A stretch of DNA of 60,436 nucleotides from Acholeplasma sp. Lineage in GTDB: Bacteria; Bacillota_I; Bacilli_A; Acholeplasmatales; UBA5453. Position 1 is the stretch's first letter. The number at the start of each line of letters is the position of its first letter. This document shows, one piece after another, positions 14,881 to 24,046 of the stretch. The notes under the pieces are model-generated. The model did not search any database. It was not told the origin of the DNA and saw only the letters and a program-made list of their open reading frames with translations. The DNA lies in the NCBI GenBank assembly GCA_036677365.1, contig JAVBWN010000013.1, positions 1 through 60,436 of the forward strand. The letters run 5' to 3'. The translations under genes and the position numbers were made by a program.

Positions 14881-16965
14881 CTAATTACCTGATTTTATCT
14901 TCTTTAATGCTTGATGCCCAGTCGTGAACAATTTTATGCCAAATTCAATCGAAAATGCGACTCGAGTGATGTCTTCATTTTTCATTACGACAACCCCTTT
15001 ACCGTATTTCTCATGGACAACTGAGTCACCCACTTTTAATTCATCGATGACATACTCTGGTGCGGCTTCTTTTTCAACAATCATCTTTTTTTCCTTGGCT
15101 TGTTCTAAGTCCATATCCTCAATAAATCGTGATGGTTGATTGTACTGTATTTGCCCAAATCTGAACCTTTGTTTAGCATAAGAAAGAATTAGCCTTTCTT
15201 TTGCGCGAGTGACACCGACATAAGCAACACGTCGCTCTTCCTCAATTTCTGTGAATGAACCACTCACATCGCTTGGAAAGACCGTTTCTTCTAAAGCAAC
15301 CATGAAGACCGCTTTGAACTCAAGACCCTTAACCTGGTGTATGGTTGCGACTTTAACGGTGTTTTTATCATCCTCTAAATCGAGGTCCGTCTTGAGTGCC
15401 ATGTCATCCAAAATCTGTTCTATTTTCTCTAAATTGGTACCCTTGTAATCGACAGAACCATTGTAGAAAATTGACTTTAATTCTTGGATATTATCATACC
15501 GATCTTTACCCTCATTACCTTCAAGTCGAAGCATTTCTTCATACCCAGATATTTGTAAAGTGAGGTCTACAACTTGGGTTAAATCATAGACGGTATTGAT
15601 TTCTTCTCTCAGGATTTTGATCAGTTTTTTGAACTCAAGTAGGGCTTCTTTCGTTTGTCCGCCAACGTTTAAATGATCGATTGCTTCATACATTGAGACG
15701 TGGTGGATGGCTGCGTAAGACTCTAATTTTGAAATGGTTGTATTGCCAATTTTTCTTCTTGGTGTATTGATAATTCGCTTCAATGAAATATTATCATGTT
15801 CGAACAATGCCAAACGAATGTAGGACAACATGTCTTTAATTTCTTTTCTTGAGAAGAATGAAATACCTCCATAAATGATGTATGGGATATTGTATCTCAA
15901 GAATGCTTCTTCGAAAATACGGCCGATGGCATTCGATCGATATAGCACTGCGATATCTTTAAACTGATAGCCCCCACTCACTAAAATCTCGATCGCTCTT
16001 GCAACAAAGTACGCTTCATCTTTGTCTGATTCTCTGACTTCTTTGATGACGAGCGGTCCCAAGCCTAAATCCGACTTAAGTTGTTTATCTGTTTTACGGT
16101 TTCGATTGTTTGAAATGAGATTGTTTGCTGCATTCAAAATATGCATCGTTGAACGATAGTTTTCATCCAATACAATGACTCTCGGTTTGAAATCTCTTAA
16201 GAAAAATGTGTAGTTCTCATAGTTCGCACCTCTGAATCCATAGATGCTCTGGTCAGGGTCACCCACAATAAAAACATTTTTATACTTGTTTCCAAGCAAC
16301 CTAATCAACTCGTATTGAATGATGTTGGTATCTTGAAACTCATCGACTAAGATGTATTTAAACTGTTCTTGATAATAGGTTAAGACTTGTTCTTTCTCTC
16401 TTAAAATCTTGAGTGTGAAATTAAGTAAGTCGTCAAAATCCATCGAGTTGTTGGATTTCAAGTACTCGTTATATTTAATGAAGACTTTTTCTTCCTCATA
16501 TTCTAGACTGTCATATAGTCCGTTTTTAACTTTTGAAAAATAATCTTTAAGACGGTTTGAATTATATCGATTTGGGTCTAGATTCAATTCTTTGACTGTA
16601 TCTCGGATGACTTGTTTAGAATCATCTTCATCCAAAATCAAATAATGTCTTGTATAGGGCTCACCTAAATGTTCTACTTCATCTCTTAAAAAACGCGCAC
16701 AAAAACTGTGAAATGTTGAGATGGTTGGTGCAAACCCTTGGGGTCCGATCAAGTCAACCACACGTTCTTTCATTTCACGTGCCGCTTTATTCGTAAATGT
16801 CACAGCGAGGATGGATGATGGAAAAATATTTTTTTCAATCATGTTTGCGATGCGATAGGTTAGTGTACGGGTCTTACCTGACCCCGCACCAGCAACTACC
16901 GCGACCGCACCTTCAAGTGCATTTACAGCTTCTTTTTGATGGTTATTTAATCCTTTAAAATCCAT
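14881..16965 (-). CDS. pcrA: ATP-dependent DNA helicase PcrA
   Basis: AGAGSGKT, TFTNKAA, DEFQD, full 2B domain (INTPRRKIG), C-terminal Tudor-like domain (H.KYG.G). Confidence 0.93.
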   Translation of the reverse strand: MDFKGLNNHQKEAVNALEGAVAVVAGAGSGKTRTLTYRIANMIEKNIFPSSILAVTFTNKAAREMKERVVDLIGPQGFAPTISTFHSFCARFLRDEVEHLGEPYTRHYLILDEDDSKQVIRDTVKELNLDPNRYNSNRLKDYFSKVKNGLYDSLEYEEEKVFIKYNEYLKSNNSMDFDDLLNFTLKILREKEQVLTYYQEQFKYILVDEFQDTNIIQYELIRLLGNKYKNVFIVGDPDQSIYGFRGANYENYTFFLRDFKPRVIVLDENYRSTMHILNAANNLISNNRNRKTDKQLKSDLGLGPLVIKEVRESDKDEAYFVARAIEILVSGGYQFKDIAVLYRSNAIGRIFEEAFLRYNIPYIIYGGISFFSRKEIKDMLSYIRLALFEHDNISLKRIINTPRRKIGNTTISKLESYAAIHHVSMYEAIDHLNVGGQTKEALLEFKKLIKILREEINTVYDLTQVVDLTLQISGYEEMLRLEGNEGKDRYDNIQELKSIFYNGSVDYKGTNLEKIEQILDDMALKTDLDLEDDKNTVKVATIHQVKGLEFKAVFMVALEETVFPSDVSGSFTEIEEERRVAYVGVTRAKERLILSYAKQRFRFGQIQYNQPSRFIEDMDLEQAKEKKMIVEKEAAPEYVIDELKVGDSVVHEKYGKGVVVMKNEDITRVAFSIEFGIKLFTTGHQALKKIKSGN

Positions 16966-16984
16966 AGATAAGCTCCTGAAAGTG

Positions 16985-17007
16985 AAAAGGGGGTTGAACC
17001 CCTTTTT
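16985..17007 (-). terminator. Terminator hairpin after glnS
   Basis: AAAAGGGG-gttgaa-CCCCTTTT. Confidence 0.65.
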
Positions 17008-18638
17008 TATTTTTGGAATGAACTCTTTAATTCTACAATTCGATTGAGTTGTACGTTGTCTTTGGTAGATGCCTTATCAAATGTAAAGTAGCCCACACGC
17101 ATCAATTGGAACGATTTGGTCGGTATGCTTTCATTGAACGCTGCCTCAATATAACCAAACTTCTTAACCCATGATTCTGGGTTCAATCTTTCCATGAATG
17201 GTGTTTCACCATCGAATACCAAAGGTCCAAATAAATTGAATTGTGTCTTGATTGCTTGATGTGCAGATACGAAGTGTATAGTACCATTCGGTTTTCTCGC
17301 ATCGAATCCTGATCCCGATTTGGTTTCCGGGTCATAGGTTGCGAGAATTTCTATAATGTTACCTGATGCATCTTTAATGACATCGGTGCATTTAATGAAA
17401 TAAGCGTGGAATAATCTAACTTCGATGTCTTTCGCAAGTCTCTTCCAGTTTTTGTTTGGTTTTTCTTCAATGAAATCTTCACGTTCGATGTATAGTTCTC
17501 CGCCAAAAAAGACATTGCGGTTGCCAAGTTCAGGACGATTGACATCGTAAGGTACCGATAATGTTTCCACTTGTCCTTTAGGATAATTGGTGATGGTCAC
17601 TTTAAGCGGGTCAACCACACCCATCATTTTGACGGTGGATACAGATAAATCATCTCTTAAGAAGGATTCCAACATTTCGGTTGAAACGGTGGTGTTGATT
17701 CTTGAAAGCCCTGTACCTAAGATGAAATTACGGATGGCTTCTGGGGTGTAGCCTCTTCTTCTCATCCCCGATAGGGTAGGCATTCTTGGGTCATCCCAAC
17801 CAACGACTTTCTTCTCATCGACGAGTTGTTTTAAATAACGTTTGGACATCACTGTATTTTCAATTGAAAGACGGCCAAACTCAATTTGTCTAGGCACCAG
17901 TGGCATTTCAGTTTCACGGACTACCCAGTCATAGAGGGGTCTATGGTCTTCAAACTCTAAGCTACAAAGGGAATGTGTAATGCCTTCGATGGCATCTTCT
18001 AGCGGGTGAGCATAGTCATACATCGGGTAAATACACCACTTTTTACCTGTGTTGTGGTGTTCTGCATAGCTGATACGGTAAAGGACAGGGTCACGCATGT
18101 TCATGTTCGGTGATGACATGTCAATCTTCGCTCGAAGAACGACTTCACCTTCTTTGAATTTACCATTTTTCATGTCTTCAAAGAGTTGTAAGTTTTCTTC
18201 AATCGGACGATTGCGGTTTTTAGACTCTACCCCTGGTGTCGTTAAATTGCCACGGGTACGGGAGATTTCTTCTGCGGTTAAATCGTCGACATAAGCCAAA
18301 CCTTTTTTAATGAGTAGTACTGCGCGTTCATACATTTCACCAAAATAGTCTGAAGCGTAGTAAATATTGCTTGGGGTATAGCCAAGCCATTTAATGTCTT
18401 GAATGATGGCATTGACATACTCCACATCTTCTTTTCCAGGGTTTGTGTCGTCAAAACGGAGGTTGGTATTCCCCCCAAAGTTTTTTGCTAATTCGAAGTT
18501 ATTGATGACCGCTCTCGCGTGTCCAATGTGTAAATAACCATTGGGTTCTGGTGGGAAACGGGTAATGATCTCGTTGTGTTTTTTAGACTCAAGATCTTGA
18601 ATCATGATGGTTTTAATAAAATTTGAATGGTTTTCCAT
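17007..18638 (-). CDS. glnS: Glutamine--tRNA ligase
   Basis: [26 protein letters not shown], beta-barrel anticodon domain. Confidence 0.95.
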   Translation of the reverse strand: MENHSNFIKTIMIQDLESKKHNEIITRFPPEPNGYLHIGHARAVINNFELAKNFGGNTNLRFDDTNPGKEDVEYVNAIIQDIKWLGYTPSNIYYASDYFGEMYERAVLLIKKGLAYVDDLTAEEISRTRGNLTTPGVESKNRNRPIEENLQLFEDMKNGKFKEGEVVLRAKIDMSSPNMNMRDPVLYRISYAEHHNTGKKWCIYPMYDYAHPLEDAIEGITHSLCSLEFEDHRPLYDWVVRETEMPLVPRQIEFGRLSIENTVMSKRYLKQLVDEKKVVGWDDPRMPTLSGMRRRGYTPEAIRNFILGTGLSRINTTVSTEMLESFLRDDLSVSTVKMMGVVDPLKVTITNYPKGQVETLSVPYDVNRPELGNRNVFFGGELYIEREDFIEEKPNKNWKRLAKDIEVRLFHAYFIKCTDVIKDASGNIIEILATYDPETKSGSGFDARKPNGTIHFVSAHQAIKTQFNLFGPLVFDGETPFMERLNPESWVKKFGYIEAAFNESIPTKSFQLMRVGYFTFDKASTKDNVQLNRIVELKSSFQK

Positions 18639-18714
18639 AATATCACTTCCTAATTACTTATTATATAATAAGTGCCCCCTTCAAACAAGTTTTATTGACC
18701 GTTTGACCAAAGAA

Positions 18715-18738
18715 AAAAGGGTAATTGCTTACCCTTTT
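18715..18738 (-). terminator. Terminator of the mal transporter operon
   Basis: AAAAGGGTAA-ttgc-TTACCCTTTT overlapping the malG stop. Confidence 0.75.
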
Positions 18739-20246
18739 GTTGCACCAGCCATAATCCCTTCGATGAGGTATTTTTGGAATACCATGTAAAGGACTGTAAT
18801 TGGTAGACCTACCAACAATGCGCCTGCAGCGAATGCAGAGTAGTGCATGTAGTTTTGGTCAGTTATAAACTTGAATAGGCCAACAGCCAATGTCCATTGG
18901 TTGGTAACGTCGTAACCAACACCGGCATTGCGTGGATAATAGTTTAATAAGAACCCTGGTAACATATAATCCATCCAAGGACCCATGAACATCGATACTG
19001 CAACGAATGTTAAAATCGGAACCGATAACGGTAAAATGATTTGTGTAAAAATCTGTACTTTATTCGCACCATCAATCATTGCAGATTCGTCCAAATCCTT
19101 CGGAATTTGGCTTAAGAATCCCTTAATCAACCACAGGTTACCTGGGATTGAACCACCAATGTAAAGGATGGATAACGCAGCTGGTTTGCCCAACAAGTTG
19201 AATGTCCAGAACAATACATACATCGCGATTAACCCCATGAATGATGGGAATGCTTGAAGTACTAAAATGGTCAATAACCCTGCTTTTTTACCTTTGAATT
19301 GGAATCTCGCAAAGACATATGCTGCCCCTGTAATCAAAATCGTACCGACCAACATATTGATCATTGCGATGACTAAGGTGTTGCCATACCATCTGAAAAA
19401 TTTAGTTTCTTCAAACAGATACGTAAATGCCCCTAGGTTTGGCTTCGCTGGCCAAATGGTATTTGGAATACTGCTTTGAATATTTGAGAAAGCCAACCCG
19501 AAAATGTACACCACTGGAACGATGACAATCACAGCGACCAACGTAATTTCACCATAAACCAAGAGTCTTGAAAGGATACTGCCGATGCTGAAGGATTGCT
19601 TGATGGCACTATTTGAAATGTTGCGTTTCTTTGGTACCAACCATACATAATAAATGAGTCCGAAAAATGGTAACAAGGTCAATGCATAAATCAATAATGC
19701 TTTTGAGGAGTCTATCTTATTGGTTCTTCGATTATAACCAATCATTTCAGCTCTTTGTTCCGCTGAAAGCTGTACCAAAATATGGAATAATCCAAACAAT
19801 GGTACCAAAGTGATCAAATGAACAAATAAGTCTTCATAGCCTTTTTTACGAGCCACTTCTACAACCAATGAGTGGTATGAGAATAAAACGAATAATCCAA
19901 AATAGATGACTAATAAAGTTTGTAATAAGTTATTTTTAATCGATAAGTACCCCAAAATGGATACTGGGACAATCACGATGATACCAATGATTGTCAACAA
20001 ACTGAATAACAAGAAACTTCTAAATAAAACTTGTGGATTCCATGCATAACGAATCGATGAATGACTGGTATCTTTAAGGTTTTTCTTCTTTAAGAAATGA
20101 ATGATACCATAGACTGGAATGAGTCCAATCCAGCGATTAGATTGTGCTTCATAACCCTTCTTAACGGCAATTTCGTTCGCAACACTTTGTTGTACGAGTA
20201 GGGCTACAATCACTAGGAATGCAACTAAATATAGATAAATTGCCAT
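18729..20246 (-). CDS. malG: Maltodextrin ABC permease, MalG-like, with ~210-aa N-terminal membrane extension
   Basis: C-terminal ~280 aa is a CUT1 permease (IPKDLDESAMIDGA, FQKYLIEGIMAGATKG). Confidence 0.85.
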   Translation of the reverse strand: MAIYLYLVAFLVIVALLVQQSVANEIAVKKGYEAQSNRWIGLIPVYGIIHFLKKKNLKDTSHSSIRYAWNPQVLFRSFLLFSLLTIIGIIVIVPVSILGYLSIKNNLLQTLLVIYFGLFVLFSYHSLVVEVARKKGYEDLFVHLITLVPLFGLFHILVQLSAEQRAEMIGYNRRTNKIDSSKALLIYALTLLPFFGLIYYVWLVPKKRNISNSAIKQSFSIGSILSRLLVYGEITLVAVIVIVPVVYIFGLAFSNIQSSIPNTIWPAKPNLGAFTYLFEETKFFRWYGNTLVIAMINMLVGTILITGAAYVFARFQFKGKKAGLLTILVLQAFPSFMGLIAMYVLFWTFNLLGKPAALSILYIGGSIPGNLWLIKGFLSQIPKDLDESAMIDGANKVQIFTQIILPLSVPILTFVAVSMFMGPWMDYMLPGFLLNYYPRNAGVGYDVTNQWTLAVGLFKFITDQNYMHYSAFAAGALLVGLPITVLYMVFQKYLIEGIMAGATKG

Positions 20247-20249
20247 GGA

Positions 20250-22613
20250 TTAATCCTCCTGGAATGCTCTGGTTCTTGATAGGTTCCATGCCGTAATAGA
20301 CCCTACGAATAAGAAGATGAGCACTGAGAATACAGAAGCCATATTGTAGATGGATTCATCTACCGTTAGCTTATACATCCAGGAGATCAGAATGTCTGTA
20401 TCTCCCGCAAAGCCCCGGTTATAGTTGCCGGCATTTGGCCCCCCACCGGTAATGAAATAGATAACCCCGAAGTTGTTGAAGTTACCCGAGAATGTCATAA
20501 TTAAGATTGGTGCTGTTGAGTATAACACGAGTGGCATGGTGATTTGGGTAATCTTTTGCATCCCTGTTGCACCATCAATATCTGCTGCTTCATATAATGT
20601 CTTATCAATTGCCGTCATGATACCGGTCATTAAAGCCATAAAGTATGGGAAACCTAACCAAATATTAACGATGACAAGCGCCAATCGAACGAAGGTTGGG
20701 TTAAATGGGTTGGAGAACCAGCGAATATTATCTTCCCCTAGGAATAAGAGACGATCTATTCCCGTTAAGAATTGGCCTTGACGACCCAACATACCCACTT
20801 GTCTTAAGATATCATAAACACCAATATCTCGTAAGAATGCGTTCACAAAGCCGTTATCATTAAACATGACGGAAAACACCATTTGAGATAATAGCGCTGG
20901 AATCGCCCATGGTAAGATGAGGATAGTACGCCATAATTTTCTAAATACGACCTTTTCACTGTTTAAAATGAGTGCTTGGATAAACCCACCGAAGAACACG
21001 GTGAATGTCGATAGAATTGCCCAAATGAATGTCCAACCCAAGACACGCCAGAATGCTTGTCCAAAGGATGCGCCAAAACCACTTGAGAAGTCGAATAATG
21101 CTGTAAAGTTACGTAATCCTACCCAGTCGAAGGTAGCAACCATCGAGGTTGGACCCGAAATGGATGTAAATGCCATGATGAAACCGAATGTAATTGGCAT
21201 GATTGAAATAAACGCCAATACGATCAATGCTGGTGATAAGATGATGTATTCAAAGAAGTCTTCATAAACACTCTTAAAGTATTTGCCTTCCTTGAGTACT
21301 TCTTGTCTCTTACGCTTAGCTTCAGCCACTTGATAGGCATCTTTAATGGACCAAAACATAAATATAAAGAAGAAGAATGAACCAATAATGGCAATCAACC
21401 CTTGTAACATCAACATCGTTGATATGTGACCAATGATTGGCACAGATTCTGCTGGTGATACAAAGGTGGATAGTGGATAAGCACTGCTGCTGGTTCCAAC
21501 CAAAGCATCACGCAAGTTATTATATTCATTAAAGTCGATCTTTTCAGCCACACCTAGCGTGATGACTGACCAATACCCACGAACAAATATACCTGCTTGG
21601 TCATAATAGAATTCGTCATATTGTGATTCAAATGTTTCTTTTATTTCTGGGTTCATTGCTAGATATACTCTAATCATGAACTTCGTGAAGTCTTGATTGT
21701 CACGTCTATTGCCTGGTGCACCATAAATATCGTCACGTAAAGAAGCTCTTAAAGCGACGGTAAATGGGGTTTCCTTGTATTGTAAACGAGCCCCTAAATA
21801 TACCAATTTAGGTTCGAAATATTCATAAATAACGCCATTATTTACATATAATGGACCTGAAACTTGTACCCTTGTAGGCACTTGAGATAATACAGACACT
21901 TCGCCGGTTAAGATGTTGATGTGCTTCGTAACGCCGTTGTCATTGACTCTAACATAGTACACACCATTTAAACGATAGATTTCACCATTCTTTTTAAACT
22001 CCGTGAGATTATCCTTATTATCTAGGATGTTATTTTCATTGGTAACACCTGATAAAATTGTAATTTCGACGTATTCTTTGGATACAGTACCATCAGTTGC
22101 ATTTCTATTACGTTCAAGATAGTACTTTCCATCCACGTCTTTAAACAAGTCTTGTCTACGGAAAATGTGTACATTATTTTCTGGATTTAAAAAATTCTCA
22201 GCCAGAATTTTGACATTTGGTGTTGCGAGATTCCAATACACTGCTGGATTGTTTTTAACTAAATCTTGACCAACAAACTCTATGAGTTTTTGCTCATCAA
22301 GATTTTCTAAACCGCCAATTTCAACCAAATAAGCAGTAAAATCAGTATACTCATCGATTTCACCACGAAAAACCATATCCCCATAACGAGCGGTAAACTT
22401 GTTGGTTACCCAAAGATCCCCAAAACTTTCCCCTGGAATCTTATCGTATGGATCGGTTTTTACTAAATATTTACTCGTACCTAATTCTAAGCCGACAAAT
22501 GCTAAAAATGGTACAAAAAAGAACAGAGCCTTAAAAAATTGTCCGTTTAGAACTTGACCCAATCCCCATATTAATCCGGATGCGATTGCCTTTAAAACAC
22601 TGATAAATTTCAT
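20250..22613 (-). CDS. malF: Maltodextrin ABC permease, MalF-like, with very large extracellular domain (start ATG 22613)
   Basis: GLGQVLNGQF N-terminus, LYEAADIDGA EAA loop, NFNNF..IY, TDILISW; RBS GGAGG. Confidence 0.88.
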   Translation of the reverse strand: MKFISVLKAIASGLIWGLGQVLNGQFFKALFFFVPFLAFVGLELGTSKYLVKTDPYDKIPGESFGDLWVTNKFTARYGDMVFRGEIDEYTDFTAYLVEIGGLENLDEQKLIEFVGQDLVKNNPAVYWNLATPNVKILAENFLNPENNVHIFRRQDLFKDVDGKYYLERNRNATDGTVSKEYVEITILSGVTNENNILDNKDNLTEFKKNGEIYRLNGVYYVRVNDNGVTKHINILTGEVSVLSQVPTRVQVSGPLYVNNGVIYEYFEPKLVYLGARLQYKETPFTVALRASLRDDIYGAPGNRRDNQDFTKFMIRVYLAMNPEIKETFESQYDEFYYDQAGIFVRGYWSVITLGVAEKIDFNEYNNLRDALVGTSSSAYPLSTFVSPAESVPIIGHISTMLMLQGLIAIIGSFFFFIFMFWSIKDAYQVAEAKRKRQEVLKEGKYFKSVYEDFFEYIILSPALIVLAFISIMPITFGFIMAFTSISGPTSMVATFDWVGLRNFTALFDFSSGFGASFGQAFWRVLGWTFIWAILSTFTVFFGGFIQALILNSEKVVFRKLWRTILILPWAIPALLSQMVFSVMFNDNGFVNAFLRDIGVYDILRQVGMLGRQGQFLTGIDRLLFLGEDNIRWFSNPFNPTFVRLALVIVNIWLGFPYFMALMTGIMTAIDKTLYEAADIDGATGMQKITQITMPLVLYSTAPILIMTFSGNFNNFGVIYFITGGGPNAGNYNRGFAGDTDILISWMYKLTVDESIYNMASVFSVLIFLFVGSITAWNLSRTRAFQED

Positions 22614-22639
22614 TTGTGCCTCCGCTATAAAATAATCAA

Positions 22640-22668
22640 ATGAGGGCGGCAAAAATTGCCGCCTTCAT
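22640..22668 (-). promoter_or_regulatory. Intercistronic stem-loop after the solute-binding gene
   Basis: ATGAGGGCGGCAA-aaa-TTGCCGCCTTCAT. Confidence 0.7.
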
Positions 22669-22688
22669 CGATTAATTGAATCTTTAAA

Positions 22689-24032
22689 TTAGTTTGCTGA
22701 TAAGCCGGCCAATACTTGATAGGATTGTTCAGCTTGTTGTGCTGCAGTTAGAGGAACGACGTTATTGTTCCAAACTGCTTGAAGCATTGTTTCACCTGGA
22801 CCCCAGTAGTAAGTGACTTGTGGGATGGTTGGCATTGGTACTGAAGTTTGAAGTTGAACAGCCATAGCCATTAACTTTTCATCGTCAGCAACGCCTTCGA
22901 TGCCAGAAAGTAAGTCAGTCTTTAATGCAGGGAGTTTAGTCTTGTATTCATATTGTAATGCCATTGCAACGTCAGAGTTCAAGAATTCAACGAACTTGAT
23001 TGCAGCTTCTTTATTTTCTGAATACTTGTAAACAGCGGCCATCATAGCACCTGCGAAAGTCTTCATAGGTTGACCATTGATGGTAGGCATTTGTGCAACA
23101 CCATAGTTCACGCCTGCATTTTCATAACCTTCGTGGTTCCAAGGACCCGCGATGATGTATGGAACTAAACCAGCTTCAAAGTTTGCACTACCAGTAACGG
23201 AGTTATGACCACCTGTACCAGTTGTGATTGGTTTTAAAGTGTTTTGGAAATAAGTTAATGCGTTTACAGCGTTAGCAAATCCAACTTGGTTAGGGTTATC
23301 TAAAGTTGGTCCAAATGGTGTGAAGTTGAACGCGGAATAGAAACCTTGCATAAAGTATGAGTCTGCCCAGTGGCTGGAAGTGTTTAGATAATATAGACCT
23401 TTTTGAGCTCTAGTTTGTCCAGAACCATCTTGAACAACGACCGCGTTCCAAGCTTGCGCTTCAGTCACGATTTGTTCCATCGTTGTTGCTGGTGTAGAGA
23501 CTAAGTCTTTGTTATAGAATAGACCAACAGATTCAATCGACATTGGTACTGCATAGAGTCTTTCTACTGCATTTGGTGAAGTTGGGTCAAATGATTTCGC
23601 GTTTTCATCATAGAATAATGTAGCGATATCCAAACCTAATTGGTGAGCTCTTGTTTGTAATAAAGTCTTAGTTGCTGTAGGTAATGCGAATACCAAGTCT
23701 TCAAGAACAGCTTGTGCTAAGTGGTCATGTGGGAATTGGAATACGTCAGCACCGTTACCGGAAGGACCGAATGTTTTTAGTCTTTCACGAGCGTCTACAG
23801 AACCCATGTGTTGGTGTTCAACAACGATATTTGGATATACTTTATTGAATTCAGCGATGACAGCTTTCATGTATTCGCCTTCTTCATCGTCGATCCAAAC
23901 ACGGATGGTTGTTTTTCTTACGAAGATGTCACCGAAGTCAATGACAGCACCGTTATTCTTGGTTTTTGTTCCACATGCAGCGAGTGTAAGAACGGATAGA
24001 AGCACAAATACTAATACTAATAATTTTTTCAT
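22689..24032 (-). CDS. malE: Maltose/maltodextrin-binding lipoprotein
   Basis: Lipobox LAAC; GPSGNGADVF..PHD, LFYNKDL, GPW, PMPTIPQ. Confidence 0.88.
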   Translation of the reverse strand: MKKLLVLVFVLLSVLTLAACGTKTKNNGAVIDFGDIFVRKTTIRVWIDDEEGEYMKAVIAEFNKVYPNIVVEHQHMGSVDARERLKTFGPSGNGADVFQFPHDHLAQAVLEDLVFALPTATKTLLQTRAHQLGLDIATLFYDENAKSFDPTSPNAVERLYAVPMSIESVGLFYNKDLVSTPATTMEQIVTEAQAWNAVVVQDGSGQTRAQKGLYYLNTSSHWADSYFMQGFYSAFNFTPFGPTLDNPNQVGFANAVNALTYFQNTLKPITTGTGGHNSVTGSANFEAGLVPYIIAGPWNHEGYENAGVNYGVAQMPTINGQPMKTFAGAMMAAVYKYSENKEAAIKFVEFLNSDVAMALQYEYKTKLPALKTDLLSGIEGVADDEKLMAMAVQLQTSVPMPTIPQVTYYWGPGETMLQAVWNNNVVPLTAAQQAEQSYQVLAGLSAN

Positions 24033-24046
24033 ATGTGATGGCCTCC

